From an uncultured Halobacteriales archaeon (GTDB lineage: Archaea; Thermoplasmatota; E2; JACPAO01; JAHFTW01), in assembly GCA_964643795.1 (NCBI GenBank), contig CAZXUC010000003.1:13549-77548 (forward strand): a stretch of 64,000 nucleotides of DNA, given 5' to 3'. This document shows, piece by piece, positions 25,517 to 34,949 of the stretch. The notes beneath the pieces were generated by a model, which was given only the letters and a program-made list of their open reading frames with translations, searched no databases and was not told where the DNA came from. Within the stretch, counting starts at the first letter, position 1. The number at the start of each line of letters is the position of its first letter. Position numbers and translations under genes: made by a program.

Positions 25517-27366
25517 GCCAACCTCTTGCTCAAGGTCTCGACCAACGCTTCGACCTGGACGCGCATCTGCTGCGTCGTGTCCCGGTCGCGCACAGTGACG
25601 GCGCCATCCTTCGCCGTCTCGTTGTCAACCGTGATGCAAAACGGCGTCCCGACCTCGTCCTGGCGAGCGTAGCGGCGGCCGATGGACCCGGACTCGTCGA
25701 CGTCGGTCAAGATTCCGGCGCCACGCAGAGTCCATTCAATCTCCGCTGCCTTCCCGGGCAGGCCATCCTTCGACGTGAGCGGCAGGATTGCGACTTGGAT
25801 GGGTGCGACGTGCGGGCTGAGTCGGAGGCGAGTGTATGGCTCGCCGTTCTTTTCGCCGGACTCGTAGGCATGCTCCCAGCACGCGTACATGATACGGTCG
25901 ACGCCGAAGGAAGGTTCGATGACGCACGGGATTGCGCGCGTCCCCTGTACGGTGACTTCGAGCTCGACGACTTCGTAGCAATCGGCGGGGATGGTCACGT
26001 CGCGACCCTTGTGCTGGATTGTCATCGGTGCCGTAGCCGGCTGGCGGGAGAGTTCCTTCTCGGTCAACAGGTACCTATCGTTACGCGAGGCCCAATCCTT
26101 CGTTGCCAGCCCACGCGCTTGGGCTTCCTTGGCGTAGGGGCCGGCCTCGTCCAGGAGCCAAGCCGAACGCTTTCCCTCTTGCTTCAACGTCGGGAAGAAC
26201 TTCTTCGACGGGACGAATGCCTTCGCCTTGAACGTGAGTGCCGGCACTTGCGGTGCGACATAACGCAAGAAGTCCGGGTTCAGCTTCCGCGTTGGCGTGC
26301 CGGTCCACGGATCGATCGCCTCGGACCCCGAGTGTTTCGCATGCTGCGTCAAGTCGTAGTTGCCGCGGTCCGCGATTCCCACGCACTCCACCCAACCGTA
26401 GCGTTCCGATTGGAATTCGGCGTCCCAGCAATCGAGGGCGTAATGCGCCATCTCGTCCTTGAGGTGTTGACGGAAGTGCATGCGCGTCGGGTCCAAGCCG
26501 GCGGCGACGAGGAATTCCTGGGTGCGGGCGAGCCAATACGCGAGGGCTTCGTTCGCAACCATCTTGGTCTTGACGGCCTCACCGAACGTCGACTCGCGCG
26601 GCTTCTCGTCGGAATTGGAGACAAACATCGCCTTGCGCTGCGCAACCTCCGAGAACTTAGGGTGCGTCTTCGCGGCGGGGTCGTAGAAGACCTCGGCCTC
26701 CATCATGTTGAACTCGCGCAGGCGCAGCATGCCTTGCCGGGGACTGATTTCGTTGCGATTCGATCCCCCCAACTGCACGACTCCGAAGGGCAGCCGATCG
26801 CGGAAGTGGCGGAACAGGAACGGGAAATCAACGAAGATGCCCTGCGCGGTCTCGGGCCTAAGGTAGCCGACGCGGCCGGAACCTGGGCCAATCTCGGTCT
26901 CGTTCATGAGGTTCTGGCGGACGGTGGGCGTGAACCCGGCGGCCTTTGCGCAATTCGGGCACTTGGGCTTGCGTGCGGCGAGTTCCGTGTCGATGTCGGG
27001 CGCTTTCAGGGCACCGGCGTTCCCAGTGAATCCAGCGGCGGCCACGAGATGGTCCGCACGTAGCGGGGCCTTGCAGGACAGGCACGAGACCAGGAGATCC
27101 GTGAATTCCCCGACGTGGCCGGATGCGACGAGGACCGCTTCGGGCGTGACGCGTGGGCAGAATATCTCCGCCATGGGCGTGTGTTCGCGGTGCACGAAGA
27201 TAGTGCGCCACAGGGCCTCGAAGCGCTGCTTCATGACGGCACCCAACGGCCCGTAATCGTAGAAGCCGGCGGCGCCGCCGTAGATGTCGTAGGCCGGCCA
27301 GAGGAATCCGCGCCGCTTCGCGAGGTCCATGACGGCATCGGTCTTGTCAGCCACGACGCGGGCCAA
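25513..27366 (-). CDS. glyS: Glycyl-tRNA synthetase, archaeal/eukaryal dimeric type
   Basis: LAKRRGFLWPAYDIYGGAAGFYDYGP, RPETAQGIF and FRNEISPR class II motifs. TTG 27366 is the longest start. GTG 27354 sits 26 nt below a CTTTAAG box. Confidence 0.92.
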   Translation of the reverse strand: MARVVADKTDAVMDLAKRRGFLWPAYDIYGGAAGFYDYGPLGAVMKQRFEALWRTIFVHREHTPMAEIFCPRVTPEAVLVASGHVGEFTDLLVSCLSCKAPLRADHLVAAAGFTGNAGALKAPDIDTELAARKPKCPNCAKAAGFTPTVRQNLMNETEIGPGSGRVGYLRPETAQGIFVDFPFLFRHFRDRLPFGVVQLGGSNRNEISPRQGMLRLREFNMMEAEVFYDPAAKTHPKFSEVAQRKAMFVSNSDEKPRESTFGEAVKTKMVANEALAYWLARTQEFLVAAGLDPTRMHFRQHLKDEMAHYALDCWDAEFQSERYGWVECVGIADRGNYDLTQHAKHSGSEAIDPWTGTPTRKLNPDFLRYVAPQVPALTFKAKAFVPSKKFFPTLKQEGKRSAWLLDEAGPYAKEAQARGLATKDWASRNDRYLLTEKELSRQPATAPMTIQHKGRDVTIPADCYEVVELEVTVQGTRAIPCVIEPSFGVDRIMYACWEHAYESGEKNGEPYTRLRLSPHVAPIQVAILPLTSKDGLPGKAAEIEWTLRGAGILTDVDESGSIGRRYARQDEVGTPFCITVDNETAKDGAVTVRDRDTTQQMRVQVEALVETLSKRLA

Positions 27367-27511
27367 GTTTGCACGGCTTAAAGCGGTGGGGTGTCAAACC
27401 TGCCCGCCCTCACGGCGCCAGGGGCGCCGCGAACAGCCAGTGGCGGACGCGACCAAGACGAACCCGAAAACCGGAGCAGTCAGTCGTCTCCCTCCCAAGA
27501 GCTTTTCTACA

Positions 27512-27533
27512 TTGGACAACTACCACTGTCCAA
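27512..27533 (+). promoter_or_regulatory. Inverted repeat TTGGACA-N8-TGTCCAA abutting the start codon of the wHTH gene (putative operator)
   Basis: Read directly. The ATG at 27535 follows 1 nt later. Confidence 0.5.
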
Positions 27534-27534
27534 C

Positions 27535-27903
27535 ATGGCAAGACCTGCCGCAGACCTGCCGCCGCATTGGGACCTGACCCTTGCGCACCGAATCCTCGGC
27601 AAGGCCAGCGACCTCGACCGCAACGTGCTGCTTACCCTCATCGGCCGGCCGGTGCGCTTCAGCGAGCTGGAGCCCCTCCTGCGCGGCCGCAGGAAAAACA
27701 ACCTCACCCAGGCCATGGCCCGCCTGGAGTCTGAAGGGCTAATCCAGGCGCGCCTGAACGCTCGCCGCGACCCTCCCGTCCACACCTATGAGTTGACCGC
27801 GTTCGGCATCCTAGTCATCCGAAACCTGATCGCGCTCGAGAACGCCACACAAATCCCCGACCTGCTCCGTCGCCTCGATGCTGCAGCCGCCGCGACTGCG
27901 TGA
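27535..27903 (+). CDS. HxlR/MarR-like winged-helix regulator (cassette 1)
   Basis: RFSELEPLL...NLTQAMARLESEGLIQARL...PVHTYELTAFG. Paralogue of 63188-63556. Confidence 0.7.
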   Translation: MARPAADLPPHWDLTLAHRILGKASDLDRNVLLTLIGRPVRFSELEPLLRGRRKNNLTQAMARLESEGLIQARLNARRDPPVHTYELTAFGILVIRNLIALENATQIPDLLRRLDAAAAATA

Positions 27904-27912
27904 GGCGACCCG

Positions 27913-28353
27913 ATGACGGAAGCGTTCCCAGGCAACCCACGGGACGTCATCCATCCGCACCGGTTCGAAACGGCCGGCTACCTGCTTGCTACGAGCGCGC
28001 CGTGCACGCGCATCGTGGCGGACGAGGTGCGAATCGTGAAGCGGACATTGTATGCCCTCACATCGGGACACGCGCCGCCCGTCTCGCGACCAAGATCCTG
28101 GGTGCTCGCAATCCTTGTCTGCCCGGGCGACACCCTTGCCGGGATCGCGCCTTGGGTGCGCAGGCTCGCCTCACGGGACCGGGAACGAGTGTATGTGTAC
28201 TTTCACCCAGATACCGACCAAGTGGCGGCCTTGGCACCCTGGTACAAGGCCGGCCTCGACGACCCCATCACGAGCCTAGCCCAAGACTTCCGGTCCTTCC
28301 ATAAGTCGTTCGGCGCCCGGATGAACCTGCAAACCTACCTTGACTTCCGCTGA
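27913..28353 (+). CDS. Unknown 'CPGDT-motif' protein (cassette 1)
   Basis: 146 aa. SWVLAILVCPGDTLAGIAPW...ALAPWYKAG. Paralogue of the partial ORF at 63553-64000. Confidence 0.6.
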   Translation: MTEAFPGNPRDVIHPHRFETAGYLLATSAPCTRIVADEVRIVKRTLYALTSGHAPPVSRPRSWVLAILVCPGDTLAGIAPWVRRLASRDRERVYVYFHPDTDQVAALAPWYKAGLDDPITSLAQDFRSFHKSFGARMNLQTYLDFR

Positions 28354-28383
28354 ATGCTGCTGAATGGTGCTGATGCAGGTGGG

Positions 28384-29070
28384 TCAACGGTGACGCAACT
28401 GCGTGGAGCCACCGCCGGACGCCGACGCCGATCCAGGCGCCACGAGACGAACCGCAACTTCGGCTTCCAGGAGGGGGAACGTGGTGGCCAATTGTTCCAG
28501 CAGGTCCCCCACGGCGTCGGCGTAGTCTGCGCGGATGCGATTGACGGCGGGCGCGTCAGGGTCATCCGGCAAGAATTCCGGGGGGGCAAGCACCACGACC
28601 GTGGGGACCCCGATGCTCCAGTGGGCAAGGACGGCTCGTCCGCCTCGGCTGCGGCCTTCCGGGTCGTTATGCGTCAAGTGCTCGTACAGTGGATGCGCGA
28701 GGAGGAGGTCATCGAGTTCTTCATTGCGCAGGAAGCGCGCCATCCAATCCGCCACGAGGTCACTGGGTGCCAGCCAACCAGGCGCGTCCGGGCAGGGCAC
28801 GACGAGCAATGCCTCGTCCAGCGTCGAGGCCAGGGACTCCCGGCGGAACCCTGGTTTCGGCACGACGCGCAAGGCCGCCCCGCCGCCGTGCACCGCGAAC
28901 GGCAGGTCCGCTTCGTCCCAGAACGGCTCAGCCGCGACGAGCCGAATCGAACCCGCGCCGACGCAGTTCGCGTCACGCAGGGGCGCCGTGGCAGCCGCCC
29001 ACGGTCCTTTCATTCCACCGGGCCGCGTGCGCCTCGAGGGTTGCTTGTCTGGGCGCTGCTTGCTCCGCAT
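28384..29070 (-). CDS. Unknown protein coupled to the upstream amidohydrolase
   Basis: C-terminal 228 codons of ORF 28384-29439. ATG 29070 overlaps the upstream TGA by 1 nt. The protein-like part runs LRDANCVGAGSIRLVAAEPFWDEADLPF...LLEQLATTFPLLEAE. Confidence 0.55.
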   Translation of the reverse strand: MRSKQRPDKQPSRRTRPGGMKGPWAAATAPLRDANCVGAGSIRLVAAEPFWDEADLPFAVHGGGAALRVVPKPGFRRESLASTLDEALLVVPCPDAPGWLAPSDLVADWMARFLRNEELDDLLLAHPLYEHLTHNDPEGRSRGGRAVLAHWSIGVPTVVVLAPPEFLPDDPDAPAVNRIRADYADAVGDLLEQLATTFPLLEAEVAVRLVAPGSASASGGGSTQLRHR

Positions 29071-30167
29071 CACGCGTTCGCCTTCGGTTCGACGGGATCG
29101 GCGCCGGATCCGAGGATCGGCTTGGGTTCGAATCCGGGCTTTCCGCTGCGCGCCATGGCCCATGGTACGTCGGGGAGGACGATAAGGTCCGCGGCCGCCC
29201 CGACCTTTACGGGGAGCGCCATCGGGAGGCCGGCGAGGCGGCGCCCGTTCCAAGTCGCCATGCGCAGAAGGTCCGCGACGGGGATTTTGGGATACCAGGC
29301 CGCAATCTGGGCTAGTTCGGCAAACAGGTTGCCGTCGTGGAGCATCCCGTTGTCGGTCCCCACGGCGAGCGTCACGCCAGCTGCCAGCATCCGGTCGACG
29401 GGCGTCTTCAGCCCATAGTGGGCATTGCTGCGGGCGCACACGACGACCGGTACGTCTTCGTCCGCGATAGCCTCGAGGTCGCCACGCGTCGCCTGCGTGC
29501 AGTGGACGAGGAACGCGGGACCCAAGGCCAGAATGTCCTCCATGGGTTCACGCTTCGCCTCGCTCACATGCAGGGCCAGGGGTTTGCGCGCCTTGCGAGC
29601 GGCGTCGGCCCAAGACTCGGCGTCGCCCGCATCCGGAAAATCTCGCAGCGCGGAGAGCCCGATGCCGTGGACTTTGGCGAGCAGGGATTGAGCCTCGTCC
29701 GCAGCGAAATCGGGCTTCTTCGGCCGACCGTAGATAATTGGCTCGACCGCCAAACCGTTCGTGGCCCCGGCTTCGGCCCCGGTTAGGGCTGCGAGTAGGC
29801 GCACGCCTTCGATTCCGCCTTCCCGGAAATCCATGAAGCGCGCCGTCCCGACGGCCGCCATCTCGGTGACGTAGCGCTGGATTCCTCGTTGGACTTCGCC
29901 GGTATCGGCGTGGGCCAAATGTCGTTGCTTCCAGCCACCGGGCCCCACCAATTCAGCGACGGTGCCAGGTTTGCCGGGGAAGGAGCGCAGGAACGCGTCG
30001 GCCACGTGCGTATGGCTGTTCACGGGTGCTGGGACAATCCAACCCTTGGCCGTCGGCTTGGATTCTGGCTTGCCTTCGCCTGAGCCGACGATGCGGCCCG
30101 CTTCGACCTCCACCCAACCCTCGACGACTTCCTCCTTCAGGAGGATTCGGCCGGCAAAGAGGGGCAC
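29070..30167 (-). CDS. Amidohydrolase-superfamily protein (chlorohydrolase/deaminase-like)
   Basis: PAPVNSHTHVADAF (HxH), LALHVSE, LVHCTQ, AVGTDNG. Confidence 0.8.
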   Translation of the reverse strand: MPLFAGRILLKEEVVEGWVEVEAGRIVGSGEGKPESKPTAKGWIVPAPVNSHTHVADAFLRSFPGKPGTVAELVGPGGWKQRHLAHADTGEVQRGIQRYVTEMAAVGTARFMDFREGGIEGVRLLAALTGAEAGATNGLAVEPIIYGRPKKPDFAADEAQSLLAKVHGIGLSALRDFPDAGDAESWADAARKARKPLALHVSEAKREPMEDILALGPAFLVHCTQATRGDLEAIADEDVPVVVCARSNAHYGLKTPVDRMLAAGVTLAVGTDNGMLHDGNLFAELAQIAAWYPKIPVADLLRMATWNGRRLAGLPMALPVKVGAAADLIVLPDVPWAMARSGKPGFEPKPILGSGADPVEPKANA

Positions 30168-30225
30168 GGCGGGGCGAGCGGGAGCGGCGACAAAGCCTTG
30201 ATGGCTAACGCCATTGCCACGGGCG

Positions 30226-31704
30226 ATGCCCGAACGCTACCTGCTGGCCGTCGATGCCGGCACGACTGGCATCACGGTGCTGGTCCTCGATACGGGGCAA
30301 GAAGTCAAGGCCCGCGCTTACCGCGAGGTGCCCTGCACGTTTCCGAAACCTGGTTGGGTGGAGCAGGACGCCGCCGTCATCCGGGACACGGCCATCGCGA
30401 CGATGCGGCAGGCGATGAAATCCGTGCGGGCGGCGCCGAGAGACATCGCCGGCATCGGGATAGCAAACCAACGCGAGACGACGGTGCTGTGGGGACGGCG
30501 CACGGGCGAACCGGTGGCCCCCGCCATCGTTTGGCAAGATCGCCGTACGGCGACGCGATGCGAAGGGCTGCGGGCGGATTGGCAGGAGACCGTACAACGC
30601 AGGACCGGCCTCGTGCTTGACCCCTATTTCTCGGCCACGAAGTTGGAGTGGCTGTTGCGCACTGCCCGCCTGGAACGACGCGCCGCGACGGGCGGCCTTG
30701 CCTTCGGGACGATCGACACGTGGTTGTGCTGGAGTCTCACTGGCGTGCAGGCGACGGACCCGACGAACGCCAGCCGAACGCTGTTGTGGGACATTCATCG
30801 CAGTGCGTGGGACGCAGAACTCCTCGAGCTCTTCGGCATTCCGGCATCCGTCCTGCCTGAGGTAAAGCCATCGAGCCACGTAATCGCGACGACCAAGGAG
30901 AGCGCCTTTGGCGCCGAAATTCCCGTCGCCGCCCTCGTCGGCGACCAGCAGGCCGCGCTCTTCGGGGCGCGCTGTTTCTCGGCCGGCCAAGCCAAAAACA
31001 CGTACGGCACGGGTTGCTTCCTGTTGCAACACACGGGGAGCGAGGCTGTGGCCAGTACGCACGGCCTGCTCACGACGCGCGCTGCCAGCATTGACTCCAC
31101 TCCACGCTTCGCCTTGGAGGGTTCAGTCTTCACGGCGGGGGCCGCAATCCAATGGCTGCGCGACCAATTGGGCATCGTCGCCTCGGCTCCCGAGGTCGAT
31201 GAGCTCGCGATGCAAACGCCCGACTCTGGCGGCGTCATCATGGTGCCGGCCTTCGCTGGCCTCGGAGCGCCGCATTGGGACGCTGACGCGCGCGGCGCGA
31301 TTCTGGGCTTGACGCGGGGCGCAGACAAGCGCCACGTCGCGCGTGCGACCCTGGAATCCATCGCGTTTCAGACGGCCGACGTCGTCCAGGCAATCGAATC
31401 GGACTCCGGACAGACCATGCCTGAGCTCCGAGTGGACGGCGGCGCCTCGAAGTCCGCGCCGCTGTTGCAATTCCAGGCGGACATCCTGCAACGCCCCGTC
31501 GTCCGCCCCGGCAACATTGAGACGACGGCCATGGGTGCGGGGTTGCTTGCGGGCCTCGCCGTCGGGTCGTGGAAGATGGCGGACCTGCGTTCGCCGCCGG
31601 AGAAAGAGACGCGCTTCAAACCCGCCATGAGCAAGGCAGATGCGGCGGGCAAGTTGGAGAAGTGGCGGGCAGCTGTGACGGCCGTCCAGAGCTTCAAGCC
31701 GTGA
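30226..31704 (+). CDS. glpK: Glycerol kinase
   Basis: YLLAVDAGTTGITVLV, IANQRETTVLW, FGTIDTWLCWSLTG, GDQQAALFG. The longest ORF starts at TTG 30214. Confidence 0.92.
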   Translation: MPERYLLAVDAGTTGITVLVLDTGQEVKARAYREVPCTFPKPGWVEQDAAVIRDTAIATMRQAMKSVRAAPRDIAGIGIANQRETTVLWGRRTGEPVAPAIVWQDRRTATRCEGLRADWQETVQRRTGLVLDPYFSATKLEWLLRTARLERRAATGGLAFGTIDTWLCWSLTGVQATDPTNASRTLLWDIHRSAWDAELLELFGIPASVLPEVKPSSHVIATTKESAFGAEIPVAALVGDQQAALFGARCFSAGQAKNTYGTGCFLLQHTGSEAVASTHGLLTTRAASIDSTPRFALEGSVFTAGAAIQWLRDQLGIVASAPEVDELAMQTPDSGGVIMVPAFAGLGAPHWDADARGAILGLTRGADKRHVARATLESIAFQTADVVQAIESDSGQTMPELRVDGGASKSAPLLQFQADILQRPVVRPGNIETTAMGAGLLAGLAVGSWKMADLRSPPEKETRFKPAMSKADAAGKLEKWRAAVTAVQSFKP

Positions 31705-31758
31705 GTGTCGCGTCCGCCAACGCCGCAATTCCAGCGTTCTCGAATCTGGCACACATGG

Positions 31759-32130
31759 CTTACCGCAGTCCGCCGACGGCGTCGTCCACGGGTTCCACGT
31801 TGACACCGCGGCCGTGGTGTGGGAGGCCTGGGATTGCACGGATTTCCACAGAATCTTGACCTCGACCCTGCCACGAGGACCATATCGTATCCCTGGTTTC
31901 TGTGAAATCCCAGGCCTCCCTTTCTTCGGCCGGTGTGAATACGGCGCGCGGCGACGCCAGCACCGTCAAGGCGGTTGGAGTTCGCGCGGCCATCGACGTC
32001 GCCGGCGGAAGTCGGGTCCCGTCGAAGACTGATACGAACGCGGCGCGCCCGTGGACGACAGATTGCTTGCGTGACCGGGACCCGTCGAAGATTGTACCGG
32101 CACGTTGCGGCTGCATCCCGCCCCACTTTC
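31759..32130. repeat. Composite non-coding element, copy B (inverted: T-P(98 bp)-mid)
   Basis: CTTACCGCAGTCCGCCGAC...GGAGGCCTGGGATTGCACGGA...TGTGAAATCCCAGGCCTCC, then a mid region whose reverse complement aligns to 6740-6900 and 37450-37630. Confidence 0.8.
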
Positions 32131-32153
32131 CGACCTAGTCCCCGGTCCGTTGC

Positions 32154-33533
32154 TCAGTTACCAGCTCGCTTCTTCGTCACTTTCGAGGTCGTCGCGTGGC
32201 CTTTCAACGCCTCGCCCAGGATCTCCATCGCACCATCGATTTGAGACTCGTTGACGACGAGCGCGGGGATGAATCTCAGGCTTGACTTGCCGCATGCGAG
32301 CGTGACGAGCCCGCGCTTCCAGCAACCAATCTCGACCTGGTTGCGCATCTTGTCGTCCGGTTCGCCGTCCTTGTCCACGAACTCCAAGGCGCGCATGAGG
32401 CCGAGGCCGCGGTGGTCCCCGATGGACTTGTGCTGCGCGGCGAACTCGTCCAGCCATTTGGCCAAATGCTTGCCCATCTTGGCCGAGTTCTCGACGAGAT
32501 GCTCTTCTTCCAGGACGTCGAGCGTGGCCAGGCTCGCCGTGCACCCGAGGACGTTGCCGCCGTACGTATTGGAGTGCTTGCCCTGCTCCTTGAAGTCGAG
32601 GGACTTGCGCATGACGCAAGCGCCGATGGGGTAGCCGGAGCCCATGGCCTTAGCGAGCGTAGTGATGTCGGGTTGGACGCCGAAGTGCTCGGAGGCGAAC
32701 CATTTCCCTGTGCGACCAAATCCGGTCTGGACTTCGTCGGCCACGAGGAGGATGCCGTTGTCCTTGCACACCTTGGCGAGCATCTTGGGGAACATCTTCG
32801 GCGGCACGACGTAGCCACCTTCTCCCTGCACGGGCTCCCAGAAGCAAGCCGCCGTATCACTCGGCGGGAGAACCATGTCGAACAAGAGTTCGATGTGCTC
32901 GATGGCGCGGTTAGCGAGTTCCTGGGGTTCATCGTATCCATCGATGCCCCACATGTTGCGGTAGGGATTCGGGAACGGCGTATGCACGACGCCTGGCATG
33001 CCGGGGAAAAAACCCTCCTTATGCTTGCGTTTGGAGGCGGTCAAGGCGAGGGCACCCTGCGTCCTGCCGTGGAACGCGCCGAGGAACGCGAGGAACATCT
33101 GTCGGCCGTTGGCGGCCTTGGCGACCTTGATGGCCGCTTCGTTGGCTTCCGTCCCTGACTGTGTGTAGAAGGTCTTCGTCGGCCCTTTGATTGGCACGAT
33201 TTTCCCGAGACGTTCCGCGAGTGCCACTTGCTGCTCGTAGTAGAAGTCGGTCCCCGCGAAGTGGATGAGCCGCGCCGCCTGGGCTTGGATTGCGGCGACG
33301 ATGCGGGGGTGCGAGTGGCCGGTGTTGAGCACACCTATGCCTGCCGCAAAGTCGAGCAGGACGTTTCCGTCGGCGTCCTCGATGACGACGCCACGTCCGG
33401 CGACGGCGCTCACGGGAGCAGTCTTCGTGGTGGTGGCCAAGACGGCGTGGTCCCTGGCCACGATGCCTCGGGTGCGGGGGCCAGGCATGGCAGTGCGCAG
33501 GATGGGGCGAGTCTCCTTTCCGGTGATGGTCAT
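32154..33533 (-). CDS. Class-III pyridoxal-phosphate aminotransferase (4-aminobutyrate/omega-aminotransferase-like)
   Basis: 459 aa. GTEANEAAIK, LVADEVQTGFGRTG, TLAKAMGSGYP. Confidence 0.88.
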   Translation of the reverse strand: MTITGKETRPILRTAMPGPRTRGIVARDHAVLATTTKTAPVSAVAGRGVVIEDADGNVLLDFAAGIGVLNTGHSHPRIVAAIQAQAARLIHFAGTDFYYEQQVALAERLGKIVPIKGPTKTFYTQSGTEANEAAIKVAKAANGRQMFLAFLGAFHGRTQGALALTASKRKHKEGFFPGMPGVVHTPFPNPYRNMWGIDGYDEPQELANRAIEHIELLFDMVLPPSDTAACFWEPVQGEGGYVVPPKMFPKMLAKVCKDNGILLVADEVQTGFGRTGKWFASEHFGVQPDITTLAKAMGSGYPIGACVMRKSLDFKEQGKHSNTYGGNVLGCTASLATLDVLEEEHLVENSAKMGKHLAKWLDEFAAQHKSIGDHRGLGLMRALEFVDKDGEPDDKMRNQVEIGCWKRGLVTLACGKSSLRFIPALVVNESQIDGAMEILGEALKGHATTSKVTKKRAGN

Positions 33534-33677
33534 GCAGGTCTCCTACGAAATCCGCATTGGTCATGTAACAGAGGAAACGGATAGTCCTGTCGGTGATGCC
33601 ATGGGCCCGCCCTGCGAAAATCGTGATGGCGCCGCCTTATGAGGCTGCGAAGCCCGACGGCCCTCGGCAGCCCGACG

Positions 33678-34949
33678 TCACTCATACGCCAACGCCTGGA
33701 TGGGTTGAATCTTGGTGGCACGGCGCGCCGGAAGGAATCCCGCAACGATGCCCACGCCGATACCAATGGCAACCGAGATGCCAATCCACGAATAGGGCAG
33801 GACGACCTGCACCCCTTCGGAGGCGAACACCCCCTTCACGATGCCGATGCCCCCGGCAATCCCAAGGGCGATGCCAAGCAGGGCCCCGACGAAGCCGATG
33901 ATGATGGATTCGAGCAGGAACAGCAGGAGAATCTCCCGGTCGCGGGCGCCGATCGCCTTCATGACGCCAATCTCCCGCGTGCGCTCCGTGACGGAGACGA
34001 GCATGATGTTCGCGATGCCGATGGAGCCCACGACAAGGCTGATGCCGCCGATGGCCCCGATGAAGATGGTGACCTGCGAGAAGGCGCTACTGATCTGCCC
34101 CTGGATGTCGCTCGCCGTGTCCACCGCAAGCTGCTGATCCTCGACCTTAAGCAACCGAGCATCGGAGGCGTCCTTGACGTACGTTTCAGCGCGGTCGCGC
34201 ACGTTGCCGACATCGCGAACGGATGCCGCGATGATGGTGAAGCCGTTGTACACGCGGCTTTCTTCACCGGTGTTTGGGCTGGGCCGCGTCGTCGCGTAGA
34301 ACGGGTCGACGGGGACGAAGACGCGAGTGTTTCGGTCACCGAAGAACGTGGAGTCTTCCGCAAGGACGCCCGCCACGGTGGCGTTCAGGTCTCGTCCATC
34401 GGGGAAGCGGATTGTGACGGTGTCGCCGGGTGCGATGGCTGCGCCGCCTGCGCCGGCCAGGAGTTCCGCGATGTCCCAGCCGAGGACCAGCTGCGTCTGG
34501 CCCAGGACGAACGGACCCCCGGTGGCATAATCTACCGGCTTGCGCAGCTCGTCTGCTTCGGGGACGGTGGCGCTGAGGCGTTCGTACGTGAGGTCGTGGC
34601 CTTGCCACGTCAGGCTCGTGGCCGGGATATCGACGAAGACCGTGACGCGTTCGACGCCAGGGATGGCGGCCAGGCGTTCGCGGTCAACGTCGGTAAAGAT
34701 GTTGCAGAATTGCTGGCAATCCGGCGGCCCCTGGCCGAGCGGTGCTACGCTCGAGTAGACGTAGATGGTCTTCTGGTCGATGGAATCGAACTCGCTGACG
34801 ATGGAATCCTCGAACGACTTGCCCAGGGTCACGACGGCCAGGACAGAACCGACGCCGATGACGACGCCCAGGATGGTGAGGAGGCTGCGCACCTTGTGGC
34901 TCCACAGGGAGCGAGATGCCATGCTGATGGCTTCAGGGAGGAACATCAC
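33678..34949 (-). CDS. ABC transporter permease, MacB/FtsX-like
   Basis: N-terminal TM, large periplasmic-type loop, then C-terminal FtsX helices. REIGVMKAIGA motif. Confidence 0.85.
   Translation of the reverse strand: MMFLPEAISMASRSLWSHKVRSLLTILGVVIGVGSVLAVVTLGKSFEDSIVSEFDSIDQKTIYVYSSVAPLGQGPPDCQQFCNIFTDVDRERLAAIPGVERVTVFVDIPATSLTWQGHDLTYERLSATVPEADELRKPVDYATGGPFVLGQTQLVLGWDIAELLAGAGGAAIAPGDTVTIRFPDGRDLNATVAGVLAEDSTFFGDRNTRVFVPVDPFYATTRPSPNTGEESRVYNGFTIIAASVRDVGNVRDRAETYVKDASDARLLKVEDQQLAVDTASDIQGQISSAFSQVTIFIGAIGGISLVVGSIGIANIMLVSVTERTREIGVMKAIGARDREILLLFLLESIIIGFVGALLGIALGIAGGIGIVKGVFASEGVQVVLPYSWIGISVAIGIGVGIVAGFLPARRATKIQPIQALAYE

Noticed and set aside
28384-29439. Full 351-aa ORF on the minus strand
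   Set aside because: The N-terminal 123 codons overlap the amidohydrolase gene out of frame and are Arg-rich nonsense. Only the C-terminal 228 codons from ATG 29070 look protein-like.
31123-31839. ORFs that read through the repeat elements and share peptides such as MQSQASHTTAAVSTWNPWTTPSADCGKPC (also 37662-38105, 2026 N-terminus, 6765-7046, 41940-42137)
   Set aside because: The shared peptides arise because the DNA is repeated. Frames are not maintained between copies, several copies are inverted, and the segments are palindromic. They are treated as non-coding repeats.
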